Source of the DNA: Podarcis erhardii
Lineage: Eukaryota
Assembly (NCBI GenBank): GCA_964252035.1
Contig: OZ176216.1
Length of the DNA: 64,000 nucleotides
Reading direction: 5' to 3' (one strand)
Each line of letters starts with the position of its first letter. The stretch's first letter is position 1. Below are positions 9,955 to 22,818 of this stretch, piece by piece. The position numbers and the translations under genes are program-made. The notes under the pieces are model-generated. The model ran no database searches. It was not told where the DNA came from and was given only the letters and a program-made list of their open reading frames with translations.

Positions 9955-12900
9955 CTATAATGTAACTTAAATAGAAAACTATCTTTAGAAAGATTTTTTC
10001 CTACAAAAGCATTTTATTTTAAAAATCCAATTTAATTTTTTAAAAATCTGATTTATTTATTTTTAAAATTTAGATCATTGATTTTTATCCACCCTGGCTT
10101 TGACTAGGATTCTGGGTGTGCGACAGAGAGGCAACCTGATAGTTTTATTTGGGATAATGTGATGGTTTAGGTTCATCCCTAGGTTTCAGTCGTCATGGTT
10201 TTAGAGCAAGAAATCTTCCCCAAATCAGATTGGCAGTGAATGTGATCTTAGCGACACAGTTTTGCAGAACTGGAAGGGGGGATGTGGTTGGAGAAGGGAG
10301 GAAAAGGGGACAATAATGCAAAGAGGAAACAATATTTCTGCTAACACCCTCGTCTGATGGCTCCCCACCCTGATCCATCTAGGGAAACTTGACCACAGAT
10401 CACTTGTTGGATTGGGAACCAGGAGGGTAAATCAGAAACACACTTCCAGATTATTTCTGAGTGAATCTTAGGAAAGCAGAAGAGATGGGGCAGTGCAGTG
10501 GCTAACCAGGTCCCTTGAAAGCAAGAGATCTCCACTGAGCCATAGCAGCTAAGAGCCCTTCCTAATTCTGCACCCTCTTCTTCCAGCAATTTCTCTAATC
10601 CACTCTTAAACCATGTAGGTGCATAAGCAAAATACCTACTGGGCCCCAGGTGTGGATTCTTCTATCTCCCTTTCGTTTTCCTTTCATCTTATGAGTGGGC
10701 TGGTGTAGCTTGCTGTTCAGAATGCTCTCGAGGGGTGTTTTCCACCCACTTCCACTTCCAGAGGATCATGCCCAAAGCAAATTCCTAAAAATGAAGAGGT
10801 CTTTTGGGCGATGGCTCCCTGTCTATGCAATGCTCACCCCAGGGAGGCTCGCCTGGCAACAACAGCCAGACTAATAGGTTCTCTTCTCCCCGGCATTTGA
10901 GTGTTGTTTGTTTTCCTGCCAGCCGATGATTATCCTCTCCCCTTTTTTGTTGACGATACCCATGTTAGGTAGCGGTGAGCTTGTTGTTATGGTTTGACTG
11001 CTTTGTTTTTTAAATATTTTGTTTTCCTCTGTTGCATCATGCATTTGCTTGCATTTGTACGTTTGCTTGAAACGTTTGTGCAAAGCAGATAATGAGCTGA
11101 ATAATATTTAGAAATAATAACAATGTAATTTTTCCATATGGTGCCTTTGTAAGGCCGATGAGCAGACAAGCACAACATGGGCACTACAAAGAGCACAGAG
11201 GCAAAGTGTTGCGAAATGTTGTACCAAGTGGCATAAAGATCAATACTCACAGTGCCACTCTCCAATAAAACCACTCCATCATTGTCCTTTCTGTCTATAG
11301 TTTTGTGTGGGTGTGCTTTCTCATGGCAGTGTTTATAGCAACCATTGCATGCATGCTTGATATAACTATAGGTATCCAAAGCACACAAACCCTATTTGTT
11401 AACATAGGCATGGAACACGTGGGGCAGTGGCATATGGTAAAAATGGAATGCTCCTAAGGCCCCATTAGGTAACTACAAACTCTGGATCCAACTCAGATTG
11501 GCCACACTTTCTGCCTCCTAACTCACCCGTGTGACCCTTTTGCTTTGGGCAGAGAGGAGTAGACTAGTGTGCCAGGATAAGGAGCCCAAGATGCCCATTT
11601 CTGCTCCAGTTCCTCAATGAGGGTTATTTTGGCAATTGCAGAGATGGGTTGAGGATGGGTTTCAGGTGAATGAGAGTGGCAGCAATCCATTTCCCCTATA
11701 GATCTTTCCAACCCGGTCATATGCCCTCATCAATGTGGCGGGGTATTTCTGCTCCCAGTGAGCAGGGCTGCAAAGGCAAACTCTGAAGCCGGGTTGTACG
11801 TTGATGACCCAAGTCTTGCCACCATGAGTGAGTTGCCATCAGTGTCCCCCAAGATCCACAGATCTTATGCCATTTTGAAAGTGGAGGGTGCTTTTTAACG
11901 CCTCCCAAATTATGATAGATCTATATAGCACCTTGAGTGTCCATGGTACCTGTTGATCTGATGACATAAGTAAATGGAGAAGTCCCTCACCATAGAAGTC
12001 TCACCTTTTAGCTCATTCTGGGTCTGTTGTTGTTTATATGAACAGTCAACTTCAAGCAACCTTTGCACCATGACTGCTGGAGCAATATACTGGGTGCAAT
12101 TGAAATTTGGGGGTCCCGGGGGGGTCTGTCCTCTTGTCACCCACTTCCTCTTTCTTCATGAGAGCCTTGAAAGGGAGAAGCTGCCTTCCTTTCCCTTCCC
12201 TCTGATGTCTATGTCTCCATGAAGGGAAGGTGAGGCAGTGCCGGCTATTCGACTTCAGCTGCTTGTGTGACAAGAATAGAGAAGTGTCCTGCTAGAGACA
12301 GACAGGTGGATTTGGCAGCCTGGTGCAGATGAGGCTGCTGAACAAGGGGTGGCAAAATGCACTGGATAACAAAAGAAGACCTAAATGGGGAGGGGGGAGA
12401 GACAGCAACCGATGTTACCAGCAGCCCTCCTTACCCTGCTTATTTTGATGCAAGGCCTCAAATGCAACCCTATCTGACACCCCAAGTCTTGCTTTCCTCC
12501 AGTAATAATCAGGACCATCTTCTTGCTACCCAGTTGCAACCTTCTTGACCAAAGCCTGTGTGCTTCAGAAATGAGGAGAATTCATGGGGAAGGAGTTTAT
12601 CGGCCTCTTTTCCTTCTCCACCCTCCTGCCTCTTGTTCTTCCTGCCACTGGACTCCGTACTTTCTCATTTTCCTGCTCCTGCACCTTGCACCCTTTCCAC
12701 CTACAATATCCAGTGCCTTGCCTCTATGCTACTCTACTTCCCTTAGTCAAACAAGTTTCCCACATCATTCAAAGAATCTGCACAGTGTGTCAATATTCTT
12801 GTGCTTTCATTTCCCCCCTAAGTGAGGCTGATTATGAATATTCCATGGTACCCACTCAGCCCTCCTTTAACATGAGTCATTTGGCATTGGTCTCTCTCTC

Positions 12901-13015
12901 CCTCCCTTTCACTGTTGCCCTCCAAGACTTATTTTCAAGTAGTTCTAGGGACACCTTTAAAAATCAAGTATCTTTTCCTCTAGATCAGAGTGGCTAATTT
13001 GGGGCCCTCCAGGTG

Positions 13016-13147
13016 TTCACAGAATCACAGAACTGGAAGGCTCGCCTATTCCAATCCCCTGAATTGCAGAAATATTTCACCTAACATGGGGCTCGAATGC
13101 ACAACCCTGAGCTTAATAGTCTGATGCTCTACCAGCTGAGCTATCCC
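13016..13147 (-). mobile_element. Short tRNA(Lys)-like-head SINE with CR1-type tail
   Basis: The reverse strand reads GGGATAGCTCAGCTGGTAGAGCATCAGACT...TTCGAGCCCC (A/B boxes) and ends TTCCAGTTCTGTGATTCTGTGAA, like the CR1 tail at 23816-23844. Confidence 0.8.
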
Positions 13148-13546
13148 AGTTGGCCTCCAGTTCCCAGCATCCTTGGCCAAGTGACCCCAAAGGGTTGCCT
13201 CCATTCAATGTCTGTCGTACTGAGAGCAGACCCACTGAAGCCAACAGGCATAGCTGACTTCGATCCACTAATTCCAGTAGGTCTACTCAGAGTAAAAGTG
13301 AGTTGGATGCAGCCCAAAGGAGCGGGCTTTTTAAAGAGCAAGAGGAAAAGGAAGTGCTCATGTTGTTCCAGAGTCTCTCTTAAAAAACCCCACTCTCTTC
13401 CTTTTCTTCCCTCCCCTTCTCGCCGCCTCGAGTTTTGGCCGCCATCCCGAATTTATTCCCAGAGTGATGTCATCGGCTTGCTGGCAGGGTCTGGATGTTC
13501 TGCCAGCATTCCAGAGAGTTTATGATCACTGGCAGATGCGGCTCCA

Positions 13547-13561
13547 AGAACACACTGTACC
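13547..13561. promoter_or_regulatory. Perfect-consensus steroid response element (GRE/ARE/PRE/MRE class): AGAACAcacTGTACC = GGTACAgtgTGTTCT on the reverse strand
   Basis: 12/12 match to the canonical GGTACAnnnTGTTCT, in non-repeat sequence. Binding is not demonstrated. Confidence 0.65.
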
Positions 13562-14715
13562 CAGAGCAGAAATTAATGCAGGCTTGAGTGCCGTCCAACC
13601 CAAGAGAAAGAGGGGGGAAGAGAGAAAGAAAACACAAACTGTTTAATGCTGTTTATAAATTATACACTTGCTGATGAAAAATACATTTCTTTCTCTCTCT
13701 CCCACCCCGCCTTCCTGCCTTTCAAACCCCCCCCCCCAGCTTTCAGAGTTTAAGCTGACTAGAATAATATGGTTTTGCGTCTGAGCTCCTGTTCTGGCAA
13801 AGATCTTCGCTGCTGCTGATGCAGCCAGCCAGCCAGCATGTTTCCCTCCCCTCCCGCACCCCCACCCCCAGCAACCTTTACCTGATGAAATACATGTTAT
13901 TTCTCAGCACTCCTGTTTGCTGTCTCTCGTTCTTGTTTTTAAAGCTCCCTTCCGTTCCGCTATTTACGGCATTCTGACGAGAGCCCCCCTTCCCCCCTGA
14001 CCGTGCACCAAAGATGATGCCAAGAGACCCTTCTGAAAGCCAATAACTCATGGATTATTTTTGTCCGGCGCCGTTGGCGGTTCTGCGAACTGTATGGGTT
14101 CTCCACCCTCTGGCCAGCCCTTCATGTTTTCATTTCATTTCATTTTTTAAAAAAGCTGGTAGACCTCTGCACGAGATGGAGAACATTCTAAGAGTTCAGC
14201 GGAGGTCACTGTATTAGAAAACACCCCTCCATCCTTTTGGGGGGTGGGGGGGTGGAGGCAATGGGACTTCAACCATGTTTGCAGCTAGCCGTCAGCTGAA
14301 GATCAGATGATGAGCTGATTTATTTATTCAGAACCTTTGCCCTCTCCTTTCCCCCTTTTGTTATTTTAATGTACGCAGTCCAAAAAAGCACACACACTAT
14401 TGTTCCTTACCCCCCTCTCTCTTTTTTTTTGCACGGCTTCTGTAGTTCCCCCTTCAACCCCCCCCCAACCCAACCCAACAAAAACCTGCTAATGTTTATC
14501 ATTTGCCCAACAGGCTCGACAGATTTCTGCTTCCTCTCCTGCATCTCAGCTTTAAAGCCCCCTCGTTGCTAAGTAGCAGCCTCCCTGTACTGTAATGGCC
14601 TGATTGTGTATTCCGTTCAGCCCTGTATCTTATTTTTGTATGCAAGGCAAAGTGTTTTGATGGAGGACGATTGCAGAAGTGTCTGGAGGCTGTTTTGGAG
14701 TTTTATAGGCCGTAC

Positions 14716-14730
14716 AGTACACTCTGTGCC
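14716..14730. promoter_or_regulatory. Second GRE-type palindrome AGTACActcTGTGCC
   Basis: Matches RGNACAnnnTGTNCY. Confidence 0.4.
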
Positions 14731-16371
14731 TTCTGAAACGGAACACAGGCTGTTGGGTTTTTTGGAATGGGGTTTGTCACCATCGCCCCCATCCCACCCC
14801 ACCCCTTCCCAGCTCAGTCTGTTGGATAGAACATTACTTTAAGGGTGGGGGAGCAGCAATTATGTAATAATCTTACTTTCTCTCATGTGTGTGTGTGTGT
14901 GTGTGTGTGGTTTGGGGGTTTGTTTGTTATTTTGCTGAACCAAAATGACACATGGACCCAAAATAGACGCTCCACTCTTTCCATCCTCAGCAGTGTTCCA
15001 CAGATTCACAAGCATCTGACTGCACTCCTCATGGGAAGAATGGCCCGGGTACCTTTGAGCCTGCCTCCCCTGTGCTTTCCACTCCAAAATGCTGATTTCC
15101 CACCCACCCCTTCTAAAATTCCCTTTAAAGAAGCTGCCCGTTGAGCGTGCACGCCTCGCGCTCTTGTTGTCTGAAGGAAATCAAGAGGCAGAATTGATGT
15201 CTTGGTGGCGCGCTGAGAAAGCTCTCAGCCGCCCCTCACTGTCTGCTCACGGAGAGGAGGGAGGGTGAGAGGCAGAAGCCATATTATCAGTGACACCTGA
15301 GCATTCATCTGTCTTGCGGCTATTAGCATAGGGCAGGATGCTCATTGCAGCCGTGTGGATGGGCAGCGAAAAGCTGGTCCAGAGAAGAAGCGGGAGCCCT
15401 GGCTAACAACAGTCCAGTGGCAGCCATCTAGGCATTAGCAGCCGCCTCAGGGGAGTCAGGAAGGCTCAGAATCCAGTCAAACATCTGCTGTAACTCAGAG
15501 GACACCAAGTGATCACAGGATGCCATCTAAACTCTCCAGCTCCATTGCAGTCATGCTCTTCATAGAGGCCTGCCTTTCAAGGCTGTTGTGGGGATGCTTC
15601 TGTCTTCCAGTAGTGAGGATGAGCCCTCTGGGCACCATTTAGAGTGGGTGGGTCATCTCTTCTGGCCACAACATGGATGGGGTTTGCAGAAGACCCTGAA
15701 TTAGTTAACGATGCCTGTCACCAGGGCCTACTAGATCAGTGGTAGAGCATCTGGTCTCTGATTCAGCTCCCAGGGTGTGCCCTGCATGTCTTCCTCTGTT
15801 CCTAGAGTCTTTGTCCCCCTTGCCCAATGTGGATTTGGGGAGATGATGCCAATTACTTCTGCACCAGGATTGCAACAGTCTAGCGTGGTTTGTGTGACTG
15901 ATCCTTCAGGAAGGGATTCACTTACACGGACGTTGGGAGTTGTCGGGGGCAGGTATTATATTCCTTTAACAGTCTGGCCCAGACCATTATCCTGTAGGTT
16001 TGAAAATGAAATAAGACCTCAGGTATGATGACGTCACCCTGACTGTCATGCTCCGCTTAGATGTCTGTTGTTGAACTATATGTACATTCAAAACAAAAAC
16101 TAAGACGCACTTTTGATGAATATATGTGTGATAGAATTAGTAGTAATCTGAGACATGCAAAACTGGGAAGGTCTCCGTGTGTGACATTTTATGCCATCTG
16201 CTTCTTTATGCAATATGATTTTAAGTATATATATATATATGTGAAATTTGAGTGAAATTTGGTTGTGGAGGGGAGGGGGGTCTTTTTTGGGGGTGCAAGG
16301 AGCAGACACACAGAGAGAGAAATTAAACCAGAGCAAACCCAGTGGCTTTTTGTGGGCAACAGAAGAAACCA

Positions 16372-16511
16372 NNNNNNNNNNNNNNNNNNNNNNNNNNNNN
16401 NNNNNNNNNNNNNNNNNNNNNNNNNNNNNNNNNNNNNNNNNNNNNNNNNNNNNNNNNNNNNNNNNNNNNNNNNNNNNNNNNNNNNNNNNNNNNNNNNNNN
16501 NNNNNNNNNNN
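16372..16511. other. Assembly gap (140 N), followed shortly by a (CT)n tract at about 16539-16590
   Basis: Run of N. Confidence 1.
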
Positions 16512-16535
16512 TTATGGATTTCTGTGGGGTTTTTT

Positions 16536-16581
<46 letters not shown>

Positions 16582-17539
16582 CCTCTCTCTCTTTTTGTCA
16601 AGAACAGTTTTCAGCAGCCAGCAAGGGCGCTTGGAAGACTTGGCTGTTTCCCTTTCCGAGCCTTGGTGGTCTGCCCAAGAGAGATTGTATAGAATCCAGC
16701 GTTTTGTGTTTTTTTAGACTGATTAAAAATAGATGCCTTGAGGTATTATTTTAGCATCAGTGTGTGGGGAGTGTTGTTGTGTGTGCGTGTTCTCCCCCCC
16801 CCTTTCCCCTTTGCACTTTTGATGTGGTAAATGGAACATAAATAAAATTGTGGTTGGATTTTTTTTAAAAAAAAAATGACTGAATTAATTAGGTAGTAAA
16901 GTGACGGCAATGCATAAATTTGCTTTGCCACTTTTTTTACTTTTTTTTTTTTACAAATCCATATTTGTCTCCCTCCTCCTCCTTTTCCTCTTGCTTCCCT
17001 CCCCCAATTTTCTCATCAGTTTTAACACTCACACTATACAAATATAGCCCACGTTTTATTTTAATTAATAGCACATGGCTCTCACTGGCTAGCAGGGGAA
17101 GGGAGTATCTGGTGCCTGTGAAATTTCTGAGGATTGCTACGTCAGAAAATATGCGAGTTATGAAACTGTGGTTGGAAAAGGGGATGCTGTTTGGAGTTGT
17201 TCTGGCCTGAACTCAACAGCAAAGGTTGATGCCAAGAACGTGACTGTTCATTTTCGTGGCGCTTTCGGTGTAAACAGGCTAAATATACGGGAGAGGGGAG
17301 TGTCTCTGGGTGTGTGCCTTTATCCCCTGATCAGTTTGGGTGGCGTGGTCTATGTTTTATGCTAACGGAATGGTCATTGTTATGATGAAAAACGGGATGC
17401 AAAAAGGAAAGTTTTGAAGGGCTTGTGTGTAAGTCCTGTCTGTGCAACCACAGACACATCCCAGCTCCTGAGGGGTCCCATCGTGGGGAGGTCATGTTGC
17501 CCAGGTTCAGGCTGGAAGCAGCTCACCACTAGAGGTGGA

Positions 17540-18217
17540 ATAATAATAATAAGTTATTATTTATACCCCGCCCATCTGGCTGGGCTTCCCCAGCCACTCT
17601 GGGCAGCTCCCAACAGAAAATTAAAAGCACAAAAAAATGTCAAACATTAAAAACTTCCATAAACCGGGCTGCCTTCAGCTGTCTTCTAAAGCCACTTCCG
17701 AGCTTGGGAGGAGGTGGGGTTGCGGCCCCCCTCCCACACCCGCGGGGGCTGGCCTTTAGCCACCGCGAGATCGAGGGAATCCCTGGGCATGCCTGCGACC
17801 CTGCCCGCCAATCGGCGGATGGGGAGGCGTGGCCTAGCCCATTTAAGGCCAGGTACGCCCGGGGACTGCCCTCCATAAACCGGGCTGCCTTCAGCTGTCT
17901 TCTAAAAGTCAGATAGTTGTTTGTTTCCTTGACATCTGATGGGAGGGCATTCCACAGGGCAGGTGCCACTACCGAGAAGGCCTCTGCCTGGTTCCCTGTA
18001 GCTTTGCTTCTCGCAGTGAGGGAACTGCCAGAAAGCCCTCAGAGCGGGATCTCAGTGTCCGGGCAGAATGATGGGGGTGGAGACGCTCCTTCAGGTATAC
18101 TGGGCCAAGGCCATTTAGGGCTTTAAAGATCAGCATGAACACTTTGAATTGTGCCCGGAAACGTACTGGGAGCCAATTGAGGTCTTTCAGTACCAGTGTT
18201 ATATGGTCTCAGCGGGA
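17540..18217 (-). mobile_element. L2 LINE 3' fragment carrying an internal 181-bp foreign insert
   Basis: Collinear with 4921-5359 except for 17691-17871 and the duplicated 35 bp. Confidence 0.88.
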
Positions 18218-18650
18218 TCCACCCATTTCAGGTCCCTCAGTTTCTCAGTTTTGCAGTCTTCATTTCAGTTTTCCATACAGCCATTTGTGAATTTTTCCCT
18301 AATCCTAATGAAATTCCTTTAGGTTTTTCCTGTGAATATCTCCTAATAAAACACATTTTTTTGCTTGTAGTTTTGACTAATGTAAATAGTTTAACAAACC
18401 ATTTTCCCTCAAGCATTTTTTATATGTTATCTCCAGCAATACATTCATTTTTAGCCACAGTTTCCTCTGTTAAATGCAATTTTGTAAACGTTGTGCGGTT
18501 AGAGAACTGCATTACGAAATTTGGAAAAGTGCGAATTTCAGAGAAATTTCAGATTCTGGCTGTGTTTCGATTCTCACGTTCGTTCAGAAAATGTGAATCT
18601 TCAGCTCTTAAATATGAACTCAGTTGAACTTATGCCCCATCCCAACTCAC
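18218..18650. mobile_element. AT-rich non-autonomous DNA-transposon-like repeat (family of 3400-4110)
   Basis: Shared motifs and a terminal CCCCATCCC. Class unresolved. Confidence 0.5.
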
Positions 18651-19953
18651 CACCACCATATTGTTTTCTTTTTGGAGCAGAAAGGTCTACCTTATGCCAG
18701 GTGAGGTCTTTGCCCATCAGCCTCCATGCATTCCACTCTGACTGGCAGCACCTATCCTAGGTATTGGGCTGAGAGAGGTCTAGCACTGTCGTAACTACAC
18801 AATCCCACCCCCTCAGCTGTATAGTCTTACTCTGAGTTCAGCTTCTTATCTTGCTAGTTTCTTTTGGTTTGGCCAAAAAGCTCAGTTGTTAGCTCCAATC
18901 CAAATAACTTTATTGTACTATTCATTGGCCATGACAGAGCTGAATAAAAAATACAATTGTTAGCTGAGGAGCAAGCTATTACATCACTAGAGAGCAATTG
19001 CACCCAGGAACTGTCTATTCCCATTCCTTTCTATGGGCTTGCACAAGAGAACACCTTGGTTTCTTGCATCCAGATTCCAGAGCACCAGGAACCACAAGCT
19101 GCCAGCTAAATCAAGCAGACCCACACCATGTTGACACAGTCCAGCAAACAAACCACTCCAGATGACTCAGGCAAGCGATCCAAGCCACTAATCCCACATT
19201 GTGGGAGACCATATAAAACCCAGAATCACCAGCTGTTCTGACCCAGGGAAGATTTACTTTCCAGTTCAAAAATAACCCCAGTGTGCTTCCCACTGGGGCA
19301 TCGGTTGGCTACTGTGAGAAGAGGATGTTGGACTAGGTATCACCAACCAGAACTTCAGCATGATGGGATCATGTTCAAAATACCTTTCCAGAAGGTGTCT
19401 TTGGGAGGCTAAATGCCGATTCTCCAGCTTTCTTTCTTTTCAGTAGATCTGAATCGGTTGGGTTAATCAGTTGGCCTTATGAGAAGCTGCTTCCAGATTG
19501 TTGCTCAACACGACATGCAGCAACAATTGGGGATGAAGAAGCTTGGACTGGGATGTTATACTTTCCAATCTGGATGCAAATGAAACCATTTAAGTCATAC
19601 CAGTCCATTGAAGACAGCATCACATCTTGAGGTGGCTTCATGGACTGGCTCTCCTAAATGTTTTTGTGACATCCCTGGGTTACTAATCCTCTGGGCACAA
19701 GCTGGGAACTGGCAACTCTTCCACTTCTCCTTTCTTTATACAGAAGGGATGTGGGTCGCTGCTCATGTGATTGGCAGGAAAGCCAACATCTGCTTATGGT
19801 TGACAGCCCACGCACTGTGAATGGAGCCAATCAGCTTGAACAAGGAAGAAGAGCCTGGGAGCCCTTAAGCAATCCCATGTGTTCCATTGATATATCTGTC
19901 GATTGTCACTTCCCTCCAGGGTGGAGCCCTTGTACTGATCAGTTGCTCTAGAA

Positions 19954-20328
19954 CAGGGATGTCCAACAGGTCGGTCGCATTTGACTGGTCAGGAGGTTCC
20001 TTTGCAGTGGCATAATAGCATCCAGCCCCACCCCCTTGGCCCATCCTCCATTTTTGCATGATCGCTGAAACGGCAGATGGAGTTTTCATTGGGAGGCAGA
20101 TTGTTTCTTTAGCAACCTGTTGATGAGTGACTTTCCACCTTTCCCCCTTACTCAATTCAGAAATTTTCCTCTCCATAATGTGATATTGTTCAGCTACTTA
20201 GACCTGAACCCCCTCCCCCAATGGGACATTCCTCCCTAAAAAAAAAGCTCGGCAACTTTGATCTGATCACTGCGAGTTTTTTTGTATATGTGAGTAGATC
20301 ACAGTCTGTTGGGAGTTGGACATCCCTG
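19954..20328. mobile_element. hAT MITE with perfect 8-bp TSD
   Basis: TIRs CAGGGATGTCCAAC...GTTGGACATCCCTG. TSD CTCTAGAA at 19946-19953 and 20329-20336 fits the hAT NTCTAGAN preference. Confidence 0.9.
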
Positions 20329-22452
20329 CTCTAGAAGGATGAATGCAGAAGGCCGGCCAATGGGTTAGGCCATTTGTTGGCACTCATAAAAGGTATCAGC
20401 AAGAGAAATAGACACACTGAAGGGGTTTTGGCAAACAGGCTTCTGCTGCCAAAGAGAGCAGCACTAGCATTGAGATGTCTTGGTAGTACAGGTGAGAAAT
20501 GGTCTTACTCTTATGCCTAAGAGGTGATAAGTGTTGTATCACTCCTACCCTGAAGTGAATGCTGCTTCAAGCTTATTCATCTTTTCACCTGTCCTCACAA
20601 GTGCTGTTGAATTAGCTGAACTTGGAGGAGATGGCATTCTTCTCCTGGTGTCTCTTAGTGTGACTCCTGATCCTAGCAAAATCTGCAAGTCCCTTATCTG
20701 ACCATTCTGAATCCATCCTGTCTTACCTTCTTACTGTTCCTTCCCGTTGTTCTCTCACTCTTCATCTCCTTCCATCCTCCTCCTCCTCAAATGTCGCTGC
20801 AGTTAAGAACAGTTTAATGGGTACAGAACAACGTGCACCTTGCTAAATTATAAAATGGCTAGGTTTGGGAAAATATGAATCATTGTTTACCTGGCCTTGT
20901 AGTGGACAGCGGCAGAGGGTGGGGTGGGGGCCGGGCAGTTTCACGGAAGGCATTTGTACACCTAAACAAAGGGGGAAGAAAAAATGCCGAGGTCATTTTA
21001 GTGTTTGAACAGATGCTCTTCAGTGATCTGCTTGAGAACATGGAATTGTAAATTTGAAATGAATTACTTAAAAGAAAAATTGGGGTGTTTGGGAAGTCGG
21101 AATCATCTTTTGGTTGGCCTCTGCTGAAAGAAGAATATGTCTCTTGTGCTATAGCAACTTATGCCTGTTGCTTCCCCATAAAATTAAACTAATGGTGGTT
21201 ATAGACAGCAATTCTGCTTAGTGATCTTACCTTCTCCCCCACCATTGCCTGAAACTTTAATCGCCGGTTGTGTATTCTTAACATTACCTGTTTTCAGTTC
21301 CTCCGTTACAACCCAGATCTTTCCAGTTTCTCAGGCAGCAATTTTGATGTCATTTTTAGTTGCCAGGTACACTTTAATAATACTCTGATAATAATACAGG
21401 AAAAGTGCACAGTTTAGTGCTCTTGCTTCTTGCGTGGCCTAAAATGAAAGAGAAAAAGATGAAGGGAAACTCTGAATGCCACTCAGGAAGAAGTTTTTTT
21501 TTCCCCCTCCTGTTTCGTATGCAAAGCTTCTTGGTCGCCAGAGTGTTTAGGTGTCCAGCTCCTTGCTCCTTTCTGAAAATGCCAAGCACAGCACCATGTA
21601 ATGTAACACCTCAATTATGGGGAGAAGAAAGTAGAAATCAAAGCTATGAAAACCGGTGAGAATCTTTACATCCAGCAGGCTGGGTGACGACAATTAAGGT
21701 TTTAGACACACCAAAGGCAATTGGACGAGTGTCATTTTTTACCAGTTAGAAGATTTTTACTACTTCCTAACATCAGAAGTGCCACGAACCAGGGAGCCCC
21801 AGTTCTTCTCCTCAATAAAGCCATTAAACTGAATGGGTATTGGGGAGTATTATGGGGTGTCTAAAAATAGCAAAGCGGTGCTTTCAGAACAGATGAGTGT
21901 GTTTGGAGGCTCCCCCCCCCCCCGCCTGCTATCCTTTAACCGGCTGCGCATTTTGTGACCCGCTGGATGTTTTGCAGAAGATATAGACAGATATTAAAGA
22001 CTTGCTGCTGCTTTATTCTAAGGAGCTGGGGCAGACAGCTGGCAGCTGATCAATTGCCTCTGCATTTTTCAGCGCCAAAGCCCAGGGGAGGTAGAAGAGA
22101 ATCTATTTTTTTCCTTCTTCTTTAAACGAATGCAAAATAGGTAAGAGTTCAGAGAAGGATTTGTGGATGTCCAGGTGCTAACCTTTTTTTCCAGAAGATT
22201 TGCCAAATGGAATTCAGTGGTTTTATATTCAAGACCAGCAAATGCTTTCTGTTCTTCTCCCTCACACCCACCCACCCACCCACCCACTCCTGACTGCCCC
22301 TTTTCTGGTCCGTTCAGCTGATTCCCCCAACATTCGCAGGAGATAATGGACGCACAGCCACTGCAAGAACAGGATGTCATTCTAGATGAGCCCTTGGCCT
22401 CATCCAGCAACACTCCTCTTATGTCCTTATGGTGTTGCTCTGTTTTGTGACT

Positions 22453-22685
22453 GATGTGGTTAGAGTGTTGGACTGGGACTTGGGAGAGCAGGGTTGGAAT
22501 CCCCGCTCAGCCACGAAGCTCACTGGGTGACCTTGGGACAGTCACCATCTCGTAACCTAACCTCCCTCAAAGGGAGGATGTGAGGATGAAATGGGGAGGA
22601 GGAGAACAACTATATACACCACCTTGAGATCCTTGCAAGATACAGGTGGTATATAAATGCAATCAAAAAATAAAAAATAAAATAT
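22453..22685 (+). mobile_element. tRNA-derived CORE-type (MIR-like) SINE
   Basis: GTGGTTAGAGTGTTGGACT (A box), GGTTGGAATCCCC (B box), core GCTCACTGGGTGACCTTGGG.CAGTCAC and an (AAAAAT)n tail. Confidence 0.8.
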
Positions 22686-22818
22686 GGATCACCTTGCTGG
22701 TTTTTTTTATTCTGAAGCCAGAGTTTAACATACAGACATGCAATATTTGATCTCATCCCAGGAAGTCCCATGGACTCGGACCATAACGGATGGGTCATAG
22801 CTGTGCTATGCTTTGGAT

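Noticed and set aside
13075-13147. tRNA-gene-like sequence (also 51838-51900)
   Set aside because: A/B boxes are present but the stems are degenerate and continue into SINE bodies and LINE-derived tails; these are SINE heads, not tRNA genes.
15417-15435. CAGCCATCTAGGCA as a reverse CTCF site
   Set aside because: Four mismatches to the core consensus.
20825-20839. AGAACAacgTGCACC and similar one-mismatch GRE-like sites (e.g. about 60517)
   Set aside because: They break the invariant TGT core, and such matches are expected by chance in 64 kb.
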